A stretch of DNA of 64,000 nucleotides from an uncultured Bacteroidota bacterium (GCA_902560065.1 CACEKG010000001.1:70308-134307); one strand, 5' to 3'. Shown: positions 9,113 to 19,878, counted from the first letter of the stretch. Translations and numbers: made by a program. Notes: generated by a model not told the origin, from the sequence alone.

Positions 9113-10687
9113 TTAATTAGATTTTTCTTCCTCCAACTGAATTAAAGGTGAAGGATAATAATTTATATTTTTACTTCGCCAGATTAATGAGTGCTTTGCC
9201 AAACGATACTTATATTCTGACCAGTCTCTTAGGCTAGTTTTAGTCCATCCTATTTCAGCATATCCTGGTAATCGAGGTAAAGTTAAAAACTCTAATTCAG
9301 ATGAATTACTTGTAGTTTCAGTCCAAAGCGGCGCCTCAACTCCAATAATTTTGTCACCAGGGATTTCTGGAAAAAGTTTTTCAATTGACCAATCATATCC
9401 TTTTTTTACATCTATAAAACCCGCCCAATTTAATCCAAGTTTTGTTAGACTGTCATATTTCATGTCTAAATACATTAATGCTGCAGGAGAAACCAAAACC
9501 TTAGGTTGTTTTTTTAGCCCATTTAAAATATTATCAAGTCCTTTATTACCAGGTTCATTTTGGGAATAGTTCCAAAACTGCAATACTGTATTTGGTGGAA
9601 TATCACCTAAATAAATATCATCCCAACCAATAACTGTTTTATTATATTTTTTTACTATTTCAGAAGTCCTAGAAATAAATTCTATGTAGTCCTTTTTTTT
9701 AGTCGCATATGATTCATCTCCCCCAATATGAAAATATGACCCAGGACTTATGCTTGATATCTCTCTTACAACATCATCAATAAATTGATATGAATATTCA
9801 GTATTACAAAGAGTGCTAAAACCTACTCCTATTCCAGTGTATAACTCTCTTAATTTTCCATCACAATTTAGTTTTGCATAAGAGGCTAATGCAGAATTAA
9901 TATGTCCTGGTATCTCAATTTCAGGCACTATTGTTATAAATTTTGAAGCAGCATAACTTACAATTTCCTTATACTGTTCCTGAGTAAAAAATCCACCTTT
10001 ACCTCCTCCAACTTCAGTTAAAGAGCCTATTTCAGTCAATTTTGGCCAAGATTTTATTTCAATTCTCCATCCTTGGTCATCACTCAAATGAAGATGTAAA
10101 TGATTTATTTTATAATATGAAACTAAATCTATGTGTCTTTTTACTTCATCTAAATTAAAAAAATGACGAGCAACATCAAGCATAGTTCCTCTATATCCAT
10201 ATTCTGGTTGGTCAATTATATTTCCTGTTGGAATATAATCTATATTATCACTATTTTGAGCTAATTCAATAATTTGAATTAAACTTTGCCAACCCCTATA
10301 TATTCCCTCTTTAGTAGATCCTTTTATTATTATGCGGTCATTTTTAATTTCTAAATCATAACCTTCATCTGATGAGACATTAATATTATTATCGATTTCT
10401 AAGAAAAGACTATTTCTTTTTGACAAATTTCCTTTTTTATAATCTATATTTTGTACTAAAACTCCCCATTCTTTATTTATTACTTTTAAAAGATCACTAA
10501 TTTTTTCATCACCAATAATTGAATTTATTGAAGAAATTTTCAAAGCTTGATTTGATGAAATAATCTGGTTGGGATAAGGAATTAAAGCTGAATCTTGGAT
10601 AGGATCAATAACTGGTGGTTGATTACATGAATAAAAAGCAATAATTAATAATGCAAATCTGTAAATTTTCATATTATAAACTTTCAA
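9113..10687 (-). CDS. Glycoside hydrolase family 20 beta-N-acetylhexosaminidase
   Basis: HLHLSDDQGWRIEI and HIGGDE motifs typical of GH20. Lipobox AFYSCNQ. The true start may be the second Met (at 10672). Confidence 0.9.
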   Translation of the reverse strand: MKVYNMKIYRFALLIIAFYSCNQPPVIDPIQDSALIPYPNQIISSNQALKISSINSIIGDEKISDLLKVINKEWGVLVQNIDYKKGNLSKRNSLFLEIDNNINVSSDEGYDLEIKNDRIIIKGSTKEGIYRGWQSLIQIIELAQNSDNIDYIPTGNIIDQPEYGYRGTMLDVARHFFNLDEVKRHIDLVSYYKINHLHLHLSDDQGWRIEIKSWPKLTEIGSLTEVGGGKGGFFTQEQYKEIVSYAASKFITIVPEIEIPGHINSALASYAKLNCDGKLRELYTGIGVGFSTLCNTEYSYQFIDDVVREISSISPGSYFHIGGDESYATKKKDYIEFISRTSEIVKKYNKTVIGWDDIYLGDIPPNTVLQFWNYSQNEPGNKGLDNILNGLKKQPKVLVSPAALMYLDMKYDSLTKLGLNWAGFIDVKKGYDWSIEKLFPEIPGDKIIGVEAPLWTETTSNSSELEFLTLPRLPGYAEIGWTKTSLRDWSEYKYRLAKHSLIWRSKNINYYPSPLIQLEEEKSN

Positions 10688-10733
10688 ACTTTATTAGTAT
10701 TAAACTAATCAATTTTTTCGTTAAATTAGATTT

Positions 10734-12875
10734 ATGAGACAAATTTTAATACTTTTTATAGCTTTTTTATTTATTGGATGTTCAAATAACATTGAAAATT
10801 TAGAAAAATTTAAATTATTACCCTCAGTTCAAGAGCTTGAGTTTAAAGACACTTTTTCAAACCTGAATTTTGAGAATATAAAATTTGCATATTCTGTTAA
10901 CAATACTGAGCTTCCAATCCGATATGATTTTACTAATCATATTGAAAATAATAGCCAAAGTGAATCTACAATTGATTACCATATTGATTCTAGCTTAGAT
11001 TTAAATCAAGAAGGATATAAATTAGATATTTTAAAAAATAAAATATCCATTATAGCAAAAGATGAAGCTGGATTATTTTATGCATTTACAACTTTAGATC
11101 AATTAATTGAAGACAGTAAAGATCAAAATATAAATCTCCCAATGATTAGTATTAAAGACTATCCTTTAATTAAATTTAGACCTATTCATATAGATGTAAA
11201 ACATCACCTAGAAAAAGAATCATATTATTATCAATTGATGGATCATTTAGCACAATTAAAAATTAATGGAGTTATTCTAGAAATTGAAGATAAACTTAAA
11301 TACAAAAGACGTCCAGAAGTAGGTTCTGAAGATGCTTTAAGTATTGAAAAATGGAAATCAATTAGTGAATATGCTAAAAAAAGAAACATTAAAATAAGTC
11401 CCTTAGTACAAGGTCTAGGTCATGCCTCATATATCCTTAAGCATGAGCAAAATAAAAAATTGAGAGATGACCCAAAAAGTGATTGGGCATTTAATCCTCT
11501 AGATCCAGAGACATACAAACTTCAATTCGATTTGTATCTTGATGCAATGGAAGCTACTCCATATGGTAAGTATCTTCATGTTGGTGGAGATGAAGTGCAA
11601 ACTACAGGAAGGAAAAGTGGCAAAAGTGCTTTAGAACTAAATTTAATATGGTTGAACAAAGTCAGTGCTTTTGCTGAAAAACATAACCGAATTCCTATTT
11701 TTTGGGATGATATGCTTCTAAAGCAAGGTGAAGTATACTACCCGATCTATGATTTAAATATAAGTAAACAAAAAGTTGATTCCATTTGGGAAGTTAACGA
11801 ACCTAAACTCAATAAATTTATTAAGCAATTCCCTGAAAACTGTATATATATGAGATGGAATTATCATGTAACAGAATCTTACGGTAATGCAAGAGCCATG
11901 GACTGGTTTACTAATAATGGATTAAAAGTTATGGGGGCTACTGCAGGTCAAACTAGATGGACTTTAATGCCTCAAAGAGAAAGTAACATTGATCAAATAC
12001 GCATTTTTGCTGATCAATCTATTAAAAGAAATTTCAATGGTCTTTTACTGACTCTCTGGGATGATGATTCTCCTCATTTTGAATTATATAAAAGAGGAAT
12101 TTCTGCTTTTGCCGAATATACTTGGGGAGGAATTAAAAGAACTAAATCTGAATTCAAATCCGTTTTTCGTCATAGAACCTTTGGGTCAGAGTTTCAATCA
12201 GAAGAATATGCATTTATAGACTCTTTAGATTCCCCAGTAAAAGAGTGGACTAATATTCTTTTAAAAAAAGATTTTGAAAAAATGATGATAACAATTACCG
12301 ATTCTCTTGAAGTTAGTAATAGTGAAGTTATTCACAGAAATTCTCTGATACATAGAAAAAAAACTTTAACTAATTATGTTATTGATTTACCAGATTTTAA
12401 CAATAAAGGATCCTGGAATAAAAAATATTCATCACGTTTAAAAAAAATCTCAAAACAAAAAAAATCATTAAATAAGATTAACAGTATTCTAAATAAGATT
12501 AAAGAAAAAGACCCTGAAAATAAATTTCTAATTGAGATATATGAGCAAGTGAGTGCATTAGCTGGATACAGTTTCTATGCTATGGAAGTTCTTAGCAGAT
12601 TTGATAATGCTAAAAATGAAAAGGAAGAGACTCTTTATTTAAAAGAAATATATGATCTTTCAAAAAAATTCAAAAACTTACGCGAAAAATTTGAATCTGT
12701 TTACAGTAAAACTCGTGTTTTAAATAAACCTGAAAGCTATATTCTTGATCAAGATCATCATTACCATCCTGCTAATCAAACCAAAACTTTTGACTGGCAA
12801 TTTATGGCAGAATTGATATTTCTAGAAAAAATAGAAAATTATTTAAAAGAGATGATGCTGGAGATTAAGGGTTAA
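10734..12875 (+). CDS. GH20-like glycoside hydrolase with a long Lys-rich helical C-terminal extension
   Basis: Lipobox (FIGCSNN), (beta/alpha)8-type region with HIDVKHH and HVGGDEV, then about 200 aa of K/E-rich sequence. Confidence 0.7.
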   Translation: MRQILILFIAFLFIGCSNNIENLEKFKLLPSVQELEFKDTFSNLNFENIKFAYSVNNTELPIRYDFTNHIENNSQSESTIDYHIDSSLDLNQEGYKLDILKNKISIIAKDEAGLFYAFTTLDQLIEDSKDQNINLPMISIKDYPLIKFRPIHIDVKHHLEKESYYYQLMDHLAQLKINGVILEIEDKLKYKRRPEVGSEDALSIEKWKSISEYAKKRNIKISPLVQGLGHASYILKHEQNKKLRDDPKSDWAFNPLDPETYKLQFDLYLDAMEATPYGKYLHVGGDEVQTTGRKSGKSALELNLIWLNKVSAFAEKHNRIPIFWDDMLLKQGEVYYPIYDLNISKQKVDSIWEVNEPKLNKFIKQFPENCIYMRWNYHVTESYGNARAMDWFTNNGLKVMGATAGQTRWTLMPQRESNIDQIRIFADQSIKRNFNGLLLTLWDDDSPHFELYKRGISAFAEYTWGGIKRTKSEFKSVFRHRTFGSEFQSEEYAFIDSLDSPVKEWTNILLKKDFEKMMITITDSLEVSNSEVIHRNSLIHRKKTLTNYVIDLPDFNNKGSWNKKYSSRLKKISKQKKSLNKINSILNKIKEKDPENKFLIEIYEQVSALAGYSFYAMEVLSRFDNAKNEKEETLYLKEIYDLSKKFKNLREKFESVYSKTRVLNKPESYILDQDHHYHPANQTKTFDWQFMAELIFLEKIENYLKEMMLEIKG

Positions 12876-12957
12876 TTAAGCAGGTTAGGAAATGGGAATC
12901 AATGTTGGTAGGAGTAAAAAAATTTAAAGTTTATAACTTTTATTTATTTTTAGTATA

Positions 12958-15900
12958 ATGAATTATTTGATTAGAAGCTCTGGTTTATCTCTTTGCTTGT
13001 CAATTTTTATTCTTCAGTCTTGTACACTTTCTATTCCTGATAAGGTCGAAACTGAATACTCAAATTTGACTGAAGATATAGATTTTAACTACCATATCAA
13101 ACCAATTTTATCTGATCGATGTTTTCAGTGTCATGGTCCAGACTCAAAGACTAGAAAGGCAGGACTTAGATTAGACATTGAAGAAATTGCCTTTTCTAAA
13201 TTGGCAAGTGGAAATAAAGCTTTTTCATCATCAAGTATTTATAAAAGTGAAGTCGCTCACAGAATATTAAGTGATGATCCTACTACTCAAATGCCTCCAC
13301 CTGAATCAAAACTTAGTCTGTCAGACAATGAAAAGGCTTTAATTTTGAGATGGATCGAACAAGGGGCAAAATGGAAAGAACATTGGTCGTTTATTAAACC
13401 AAACTCACCTAAAATTCCAAAAAACATAAATGTTAATTCGAAAATTAATAATGAAATTGATTACTTTATTAATCGAAAATTAAAAAATTTAAATTTAGAA
13501 TTTTCTGAAAAGACATCCAAGGAAAGATTATTAAGGAGAGTATCTATTGATCTTAGAGGCCTTCCTCCATCAATAGAGGAAATCGATGCCTTTGTAAATG
13601 ATAATAGCAGTAACGCCTATGAAAAAGTAGTTGATAAATTTTTAAATTCAGTTGCTCATGCAGAAATGTTAACTCTTGACTGGTTAGACCTTTCAAGGTA
13701 TGCAGATTCTCATGGATTACATGCTGACGGAGCTAGAACAATGTGGCCATGGAGAGATTGGGTTATAAACTCATTTAAAAAAAATATGCCATATGATCAA
13801 TTTGTTACTTGGCAAATTGCCGGTGACCTATTTCAAAATCCTACGCAAGAACAAAAATTAGCAACAGCCTTTAATAGAAATTCTCCTATGACTGCTGAGG
13901 GAGGTGCTATAGATGAGGAATGGAGACTTCACTATGTTTTTGACAGAACAGAAACCCTAAGTACTGCTTTTTTAGGATTAACTGTTGCTTGTGCAAAATG
14001 TCACGATCACAAATTTGACCCAATATCACAAAAGGATTATTATCAACTAGCTTCCTTTTTTAATAATATAAAAGAATTAGGAATGACAGGAGATGATGGA
14101 GATTTTGGCCCCCTTTTACCTATTCCAAATAAAGCAAAAGAGAATGAAATTAATCAAATCAAAGCCAAGATAAATGATAAAGAAAAAGAGATTAATATTC
14201 AAAAAGATAAATTAATAGAGTTCTACACTTATGCAGAAAATCTTAAAACCAAAAATTCTAGTGAAAAAGATATTTTAAATAATTTGAAATCAAATTATTT
14301 AATTGGATACTATCCCCTTAATAAAATTAAAAAATCTAAAAACTCAAATAACAAAAATATATTTATAATTGATAACAACTATTTTGCTAAATCAGAATCT
14401 AAAGCTGAAATTGTAGACGGAATAGAAGGTAAGGCTCTAAAATTTTCAACCGACATAGATTATTTAAAACTGGAAAAAGTTCCAAATTTTGAAACGAATG
14501 ATTCTTTTTCAGGTTCATTTTGGATAAATACTAATGATATGGATCCTGAAAAAACACAACATGTTCTTGGAACAACTGGGCAAAAAAATGATTTTTGGAG
14601 AGGTTGGGATATATACCTAGATAATGAAAACTTCATTAATATGAGGCTAATTAATGTGCAACCAACTAATTTAATTCATGTAAAAGCTGACCTTGTTATT
14701 GAAAAAGATACATGGAATAATATAATATTTTCATACAATGGCTCAGCTAAATCCAGTGGTCTCAGAATTTTTATCAATGGAAAAGAAGCTAATCTTGAGG
14801 TAAAAATGGATAATTTATATAAATCTATACACCCTGTTCCTGTAGGAAAAAAATCCCAAGCTGGATTTCCTTTTAACGTAAGAAAAAAAGATATTAGACC
14901 TTTAAGAGTTGGAAAATCGGGAATGGACCACTCTGGTGATAAGGGTTTGTTTTCAGGAAAAATAGATGATATTTATCTTTTTTCCAAAGACTTAACAACC
15001 TTTGAATCATTAAGTCTTTTTAACTCATATGATATTTCTAAAAAAAATGTAGATGAAAACATTATAAAAAATCATTGGATAGAGTCTGATTATAAAATAT
15101 TAAGAAATAAAGCGAAACTCTCTTCTTTAAGGGAGAATTGGCTTAAAATAATGGAGCCAGTAATTGAAGTAATGGTTATGGAGGAGATGAAAAACCCTAG
15201 AGATAATTATCTTTTAAATAGAGGAAGTTATTTAGAACCTTCCTATAAAGTTGGAATAGATGTTCCTGAAAATTTACCTAGAATGGATTCCTCTCTTCCT
15301 AAAAACAGACTTGGATTAGCAAAATGGTTGTTTTCAAATGAAAACCCTTTAACATCAAGAGTTACAGTAAATAGATATTGGCAAATGATTTTTGGTTATG
15401 GCCTTGTACGAACCCCTGAGGATTTTGGTGTACAAGGAATGCTGCCTAGTCACCCTGAACTTTTAGATTGGTTATCAGTTTATCTAATTAAAAATAATTG
15501 GGACATTAAAAAATTAATTAAACTGATGGTAATGTCTCATGCGTATCAACAAAAATCTACTAGTAATGATAAGCTTAATGAAATTGATCCAAATAATTTT
15601 TTTCTTGCTAGAAGCAATTCATATAAACTACCTGCAGAAATTATTAGGGATAACGCTCTTGCCTCCAGCGGCTTACTAGTCAAAAAAGTTGGTGGACCTA
15701 GTGTGAAACCATATCAACCAGAAGGATTATGGTTAGAAAAAAATAGTTTTTCAGCCGATTTATATAACTACAAAAAAAATTCTGGAGATAGTCTTTACAG
15801 AAGAGGAATGTATACATTTATAAAAAGAACTTCCCCTCCACCCTCTATGATTGCACTTGACGGAACATCTAGAGAGGTTTGTACTGTTAAACGAGAAAAA

Positions 15901-16254
15901 ACTAATACTCCACTTCAGGCTTTAGTGCTGATGAATGATCCTCAATTTTTTGAGGCATCAAGAATTTTGGCAGAAAGAATTCAAAAAGAAGGAGGAAAAA
16001 ATTACTCAGACCAAATTAAATATGGTTTTAGACTTGCAATTTCTAGGTATCCTAAGGATGAGGAATTAAAACTTTTAAATGAGCTTTATGAATCACAACT
16101 AAAATTCTACAAATCAAATCCAAAAATGACAAATCAAATCCTAAAAGTTGGAGACAAAAAATTTGATAGATCCCTTAATAAATATAAAACTGCAGCTTTA
16201 ACTATGGTCTCAAACTTAATTTTAAATCATGATGAAACCTATTTAAAAAGATAA
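12958..16254 (+). CDS. PSCyt1/PSCyt2(DUF1549)/LamG-like/PSD1(DUF1553) multidomain lipoprotein, function unknown (copy 1)
   Basis: 1098 aa. Lipobox LQSCT, heme-type motifs CFQCHG and CAKCHDHKFDP, a LamG-like middle section (FSGSFWINT...GKIDDIYLF) and a DUF1553-type C-terminus (NPLTSRVTVNRYWQMIFG). Confidence 0.85.
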   Translation: MNYLIRSSGLSLCLSIFILQSCTLSIPDKVETEYSNLTEDIDFNYHIKPILSDRCFQCHGPDSKTRKAGLRLDIEEIAFSKLASGNKAFSSSSIYKSEVAHRILSDDPTTQMPPPESKLSLSDNEKALILRWIEQGAKWKEHWSFIKPNSPKIPKNINVNSKINNEIDYFINRKLKNLNLEFSEKTSKERLLRRVSIDLRGLPPSIEEIDAFVNDNSSNAYEKVVDKFLNSVAHAEMLTLDWLDLSRYADSHGLHADGARTMWPWRDWVINSFKKNMPYDQFVTWQIAGDLFQNPTQEQKLATAFNRNSPMTAEGGAIDEEWRLHYVFDRTETLSTAFLGLTVACAKCHDHKFDPISQKDYYQLASFFNNIKELGMTGDDGDFGPLLPIPNKAKENEINQIKAKINDKEKEINIQKDKLIEFYTYAENLKTKNSSEKDILNNLKSNYLIGYYPLNKIKKSKNSNNKNIFIIDNNYFAKSESKAEIVDGIEGKALKFSTDIDYLKLEKVPNFETNDSFSGSFWINTNDMDPEKTQHVLGTTGQKNDFWRGWDIYLDNENFINMRLINVQPTNLIHVKADLVIEKDTWNNIIFSYNGSAKSSGLRIFINGKEANLEVKMDNLYKSIHPVPVGKKSQAGFPFNVRKKDIRPLRVGKSGMDHSGDKGLFSGKIDDIYLFSKDLTTFESLSLFNSYDISKKNVDENIIKNHWIESDYKILRNKAKLSSLRENWLKIMEPVIEVMVMEEMKNPRDNYLLNRGSYLEPSYKVGIDVPENLPRMDSSLPKNRLGLAKWLFSNENPLTSRVTVNRYWQMIFGYGLVRTPEDFGVQGMLPSHPELLDWLSVYLIKNNWDIKKLIKLMVMSHAYQQKSTSNDKLNEIDPNNFFLARSNSYKLPAEIIRDNALASSGLLVKKVGGPSVKPYQPEGLWLEKNSFSADLYNYKKNSGDSLYRRGMYTFIKRTSPPPSMIALDGTSREVCTVKREKTNTPLQALVLMNDPQFFEASRILAERIQKEGGKNYSDQIKYGFRLAISRYPKDEELKLLNELYESQLKFYKSNPKMTNQILKVGDKKFDRSLNKYKTAALTMVSNLILNHDETYLKR

Positions 16255-16255
16255 A

Positions 16256-17698
16256 ATGAATTGTAATAATCACAAACATAATTATAAATTTTCTAGAAGA
16301 GATTTTCTGACTAAAACCTCCTTAGGAATGGGTGCATTAACTCTTGGTTCATTAATTAGTCCTTCAAATTTATATTCTCAAAATAATTCGATCAATAATA
16401 GATTACCTCATTTCCCTCCTAAAGCAAAAAGAGTTATTTATCTTTTGCAAAGTGGAGCTCCGTCTCAACTAGATTTATTTGACTATAAGCCATTACTAAA
16501 TAAACTAAATGGAACGGAACTTCCTGATAGTGTTAGGGGTGGTCAGAGGCTTACTGGAATGAGTTCAGGTCAATCAAGTTTTCCCTTAGCTGGATCAATA
16601 TTTAAGTTTAAACAGTTTGGAAAAAGTGGTGCTTGGATGAGTGAGCTTATGCCTTATACATCTCAAATAGTTGATGATTTGTGTTTTATAAAATCAATGT
16701 ACACTGAGGCAATAAATCATGATCCTGCTGTTACTTTTCTTCAAACTGGATCTGAACTTCCTGGAAGACCTTCAATTGGTTCATGGATAAGTTATGGATT
16801 AGGAAGTGATAATAAAAACTTACCAGAATTTGTTGTCTTAGTAACAAAGGATAAATATGGTCAACCGCTATACTCTCGCTTATGGGGAAATGGTTTTTTA
16901 CCTTCAAAACACCAAGGTGTTCAGTTTAGGTCTGGTAAAAATCCTGTACTTTACTTAGATAATCCACCGGGTGTAACAGCAAATTTAAGAAAAGAACAAC
17001 TTGAATATTTAAAAAAAATAGAAAAAATAAATCATAGAGATGTTGGCGATCCAGAGATACTATCAAGAATGTCTCAATATGAAATGGCCTTTAGAATGCA
17101 ATCCTCTGTTCCCGAAGTTATGGATGTATCCAAAGAACCAGACTACATATATGATCTATACGGTAAAGAGAGTAGAAACCCTGGTACCTTTGCAGCAAAT
17201 TGTTTGCTAGCTAGAAAATTAATTGAAAAAGATGTAAAGTTTATTCAATTATATCATCAAGGTTGGGATCAACATGGAGACTTGCCCAATGCAATCAAAG
17301 TTCAATGTAAAGATACAGACCAACCTACAGCCGGTTTGATTAAAGATTTAAAACAAAGAGGTTTGTTGGATGAAACTCTAGTTATATGGGGAGGTGAGTT
17401 TGGAAGAGGATCGTACTCTCAAGGTACTTTGACTGAAACCAATTATGGAAGAGATCATCACCCTAAATGTTTTACAATATTTATGGCAGGGGCTGGAATT
17501 AAAAAGGGAATCACAATTGGTTCAACGGATGATTTTGGATATAATATTAAGGAACATCCTGTTCATGTTCATGACTTTCAAGCTACTTTAATGCATCTTT
17601 TAGGTATCGATCATGAAAGACTAACATTTAAACATCAAGGAAGACGTTACAGATTGACGGATGTACATGGTGAGATAGTTAAAGAAATACTATCTTAA
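16256..17698 (+). CDS. DUF1501-family protein (sulfatase/alkaline-phosphatase-like fold) with Tat signal (copy 1)
   Basis: 480 aa. SRRDFLTKTSLGMGAL twin-arginine signal and a GRDHHP motif. 1-nt gap to the preceding gene. Confidence 0.85.
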   Translation: MNCNNHKHNYKFSRRDFLTKTSLGMGALTLGSLISPSNLYSQNNSINNRLPHFPPKAKRVIYLLQSGAPSQLDLFDYKPLLNKLNGTELPDSVRGGQRLTGMSSGQSSFPLAGSIFKFKQFGKSGAWMSELMPYTSQIVDDLCFIKSMYTEAINHDPAVTFLQTGSELPGRPSIGSWISYGLGSDNKNLPEFVVLVTKDKYGQPLYSRLWGNGFLPSKHQGVQFRSGKNPVLYLDNPPGVTANLRKEQLEYLKKIEKINHRDVGDPEILSRMSQYEMAFRMQSSVPEVMDVSKEPDYIYDLYGKESRNPGTFAANCLLARKLIEKDVKFIQLYHQGWDQHGDLPNAIKVQCKDTDQPTAGLIKDLKQRGLLDETLVIWGGEFGRGSYSQGTLTETNYGRDHHPKCFTIFMAGAGIKKGITIGSTDDFGYNIKEHPVHVHDFQATLMHLLGIDHERLTFKHQGRRYRLTDVHGEIVKEILS

Positions 17699-17715
17699 AA
17701 AAAGTTTTCGGCCCT

Positions 17716-18486
17716 TTAGGGCTTAAGAAATACCCTTCTTATAAATATAAAAACTGCAATTAAAACTGAGTACCCTATAAAAAAAGGAATAACAAATGCT
17801 TGAAGTTTTAAAACAAGCATAAGTGCCATAATAAATAATTGAAAACCAAGCCCGTAAATTGATACCAGTGTCATAAACCATTTCGGGAAGGGTTTACTTT
17901 TAACAGCATTACGATCCATTAAATAAATTGTCTTATCAAAAGGAATATAAAGTAAGTAGTAAATCTTGTAAAAAATATTGACAGCTAATTGACTCTCTCC
18001 ATTTAATGCCTTAGGTGTATTATTTTCGAAAATACGACTAGTTGAATCACCTTTTACTGAATTTCGTAAAATTACATAGTAGTAATTGTAAAGTGTTCCT
18101 TGAAGTTGAAGTGCTAAAAAAGCAGTTATCATATAAATAATTGAAATGTCAGTGATGTACCAAAAAGTTAATAAAAAAAAGAAATTAAGTATTAGATCTG
18201 CAATTGAATCATAATAACGACCGACATAAGATGGTTTTTTTTTAAGACGTGCTAAATCACCATCTGCAGCATCTAAAACTGATTTTAATATTAAAAAAAA
18301 AGCTGACGTAATAAGATATCCTTTTAATAAAAATCCAATAGCTAATAATCCAGTTATTACAAATATCGTTGTCACATGAATAGACGTTAAGGAAGTGTTT
18401 TTGAGCTTGGTAGCTATCCAATGTCCCAAAGAACGACCGTAATCAGACAAGTCTAAAAATTGATGCTTCTTAGGTAATTTTGACAT
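17716..18486 (-). CDS. CDP-alcohol phosphatidyltransferase family membrane protein
   Basis: DAADGDLAR...DSIADLILN matches the D-x2-DG-x2-AR...D-x3-D signature. Multiple TM helices. Confidence 0.8.
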   Translation of the reverse strand: MSKLPKKHQFLDLSDYGRSLGHWIATKLKNTSLTSIHVTTIFVITGLLAIGFLLKGYLITSAFFLILKSVLDAADGDLARLKKKPSYVGRYYDSIADLILNFFFLLTFWYITDISIIYMITAFLALQLQGTLYNYYYVILRNSVKGDSTSRIFENNTPKALNGESQLAVNIFYKIYYLLYIPFDKTIYLMDRNAVKSKPFPKWFMTLVSIYGLGFQLFIMALMLVLKLQAFVIPFFIGYSVLIAVFIFIRRVFLKP

Positions 18487-18509
18487 CTTTAAAAAGGTAT
18501 TTAACTTTG

Positions 18510-18597
18510 CAGAGAGGAAGGGATTCGAACCCTCGATACGCTATTAACGTATACACGCTTTCCAAGCGTGCGCCTTAAGCCACTCGGCCACCTCTCT
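18510..18597 (-). tRNA. tRNA-Ser (anticodon GGA)
   Basis: Hand-folded cloverleaf: acceptor AGAGAGG/CCTCTCT, anticodon stem CACGC/GCGTG with loop TTGGAAA, long variable arm, T-arm GGGTTCGAATCCC. CCA is not encoded. Confidence 0.9.
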
Positions 18598-18603
18598 ATT
18601 TTA

Positions 18604-19374
18604 TTAATTATCATTAAAAATTTCTTTTGAATTTTGATAAATTAGTTCAGAAACTTCATCAATAGGTAATTCATAACATTCTGCTACTTTACTTAAAATT
18701 ATTTCTAAATAAGAACTTTCATTTCTTTTTCCTCTATATGGTGTTGGAGATAAATATGGAGAATCCGTCTCCAATACAATTTGATCTATCGGTATTTGTT
18801 TTAAAAATTTATCAATTTTACCATTTTTAAAAGTTATTACACCTCCAATACCTAATTTGAAATTTAAATCAATTGCTCTGAGAGCCTGAGCTTGAGTTCC
18901 AGTGAAGCAATGAAAAATTCCATATAATTTATCGTCTTTATGCGACTCTAAAACATCAAAAATCTCATCAAATGCGTCTCTGCAATGAATAACTATTGGC
19001 AAATTTTTCTCCTTAGCTAAAAGTATTTGATAATTAAAAGCTTCTTGCTGTTGTTTTAAATATTTTTTTTCCCAATACAAATCAATTCCTATTTCTCCTA
19101 CAGCATAAAAATTTCGATCATTTAAATGTTTTTTCACAATTTCTAATTCTTCCATATAATTTTCTTTAACATAATTCGGATGTAACCCCATCATAAGTCT
19201 AATTTGTTTAGGATATTTTTTTTCTAAATCAAACATGCTTTTAATATGCCCACTATTAATGGAAGGAATGTAAAATTTTTCAACACCGACATTAAATGCT
19301 CTTTTCATTACCTTATCAATATCATCTTTAAAATCTTCTAAATATAAATGAGTATGTGTATCAATAAGTTTCAT
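18604..19374 (-). CDS. TatD-family metal-dependent hydrolase (DNase)
   Basis: IDTHTHL, GEIGIDLYW, HCRDAF and ETDSPYL motifs. Confidence 0.9.
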   Translation of the reverse strand: MKLIDTHTHLYLEDFKDDIDKVMKRAFNVGVEKFYIPSINSGHIKSMFDLEKKYPKQIRLMMGLHPNYVKENYMEELEIVKKHLNDRNFYAVGEIGIDLYWEKKYLKQQQEAFNYQILLAKEKNLPIVIHCRDAFDEIFDVLESHKDDKLYGIFHCFTGTQAQALRAIDLNFKLGIGGVITFKNGKIDKFLKQIPIDQIVLETDSPYLSPTPYRGKRNESSYLEIILSKVAECYELPIDEVSELIYQNSKEIFNDN

Positions 19375-19422
19375 AATGTTTCAAATCAATGTTAATCGTT
19401 TATTAAATTTGTTAAAAAAATT

Positions 19423-19878
19423 TTGAGTAAAACAAACAATAATTTTTTAAAAGATCTTTTAAACAAACAACAATTTGTAAAAGTAAAACTTTATAAAATA
19501 AAGACTCAACATTTAATATGTTTTGGTAGTATAAATAATGTAAAAGCTACTTTTTTAATTGATACAGGTGCATCTAATAGCTGTATTTCTTTAGAAAATA
19601 TTGATGTTTATGATCTAAAAACTGAAGGTGAAAAATTTGAGGCTTCTGGAGCTAGTGATAAAAAAATGGAAGCAATTCTTTCTAAGGAGTGTGGATTTAA
19701 ATTAGGTAGGTTTTCAATGAAAAAACAAAAATTTGTTTTACTAGATTTAAATCATATAAACTCCCTTCTTGAATCTCAAAACGTAAAAAAAATCAATGGG
19801 ATTATAGGAGCTGAATTTTTAAAAGCTACTAAAGCTATTATAGATTATGATAATTTAGATCTATTCTTAAAGATCTAA
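19423..19878 (+). CDS. Retropepsin-like (clan AA) aspartic protease domain protein
   Basis: FLIDTGAS active-site motif. Only a TTG start is available. The 3' end overlaps the sucB 3' end by 12 nt (convergent). Confidence 0.65.
   Translation: MSKTNNNFLKDLLNKQQFVKVKLYKIKTQHLICFGSINNVKATFLIDTGASNSCISLENIDVYDLKTEGEKFEASGASDKKMEAILSKECGFKLGRFSMKKQKFVLLDLNHINSLLESQNVKKINGIIGAEFLKATKAIIDYDNLDLFLKI

Noticed and set aside
17709-17724. A short GC hairpin GGCCC-TTTA-GGGC(T) between the convergent DUF1501 and CDP-alcohol transferase genes, considered as a terminator.
   Set aside because: It has only 4-5 bp of stem, overlaps the stop codon of the minus-strand gene, and has no clear T-run. That is too weak to annotate.
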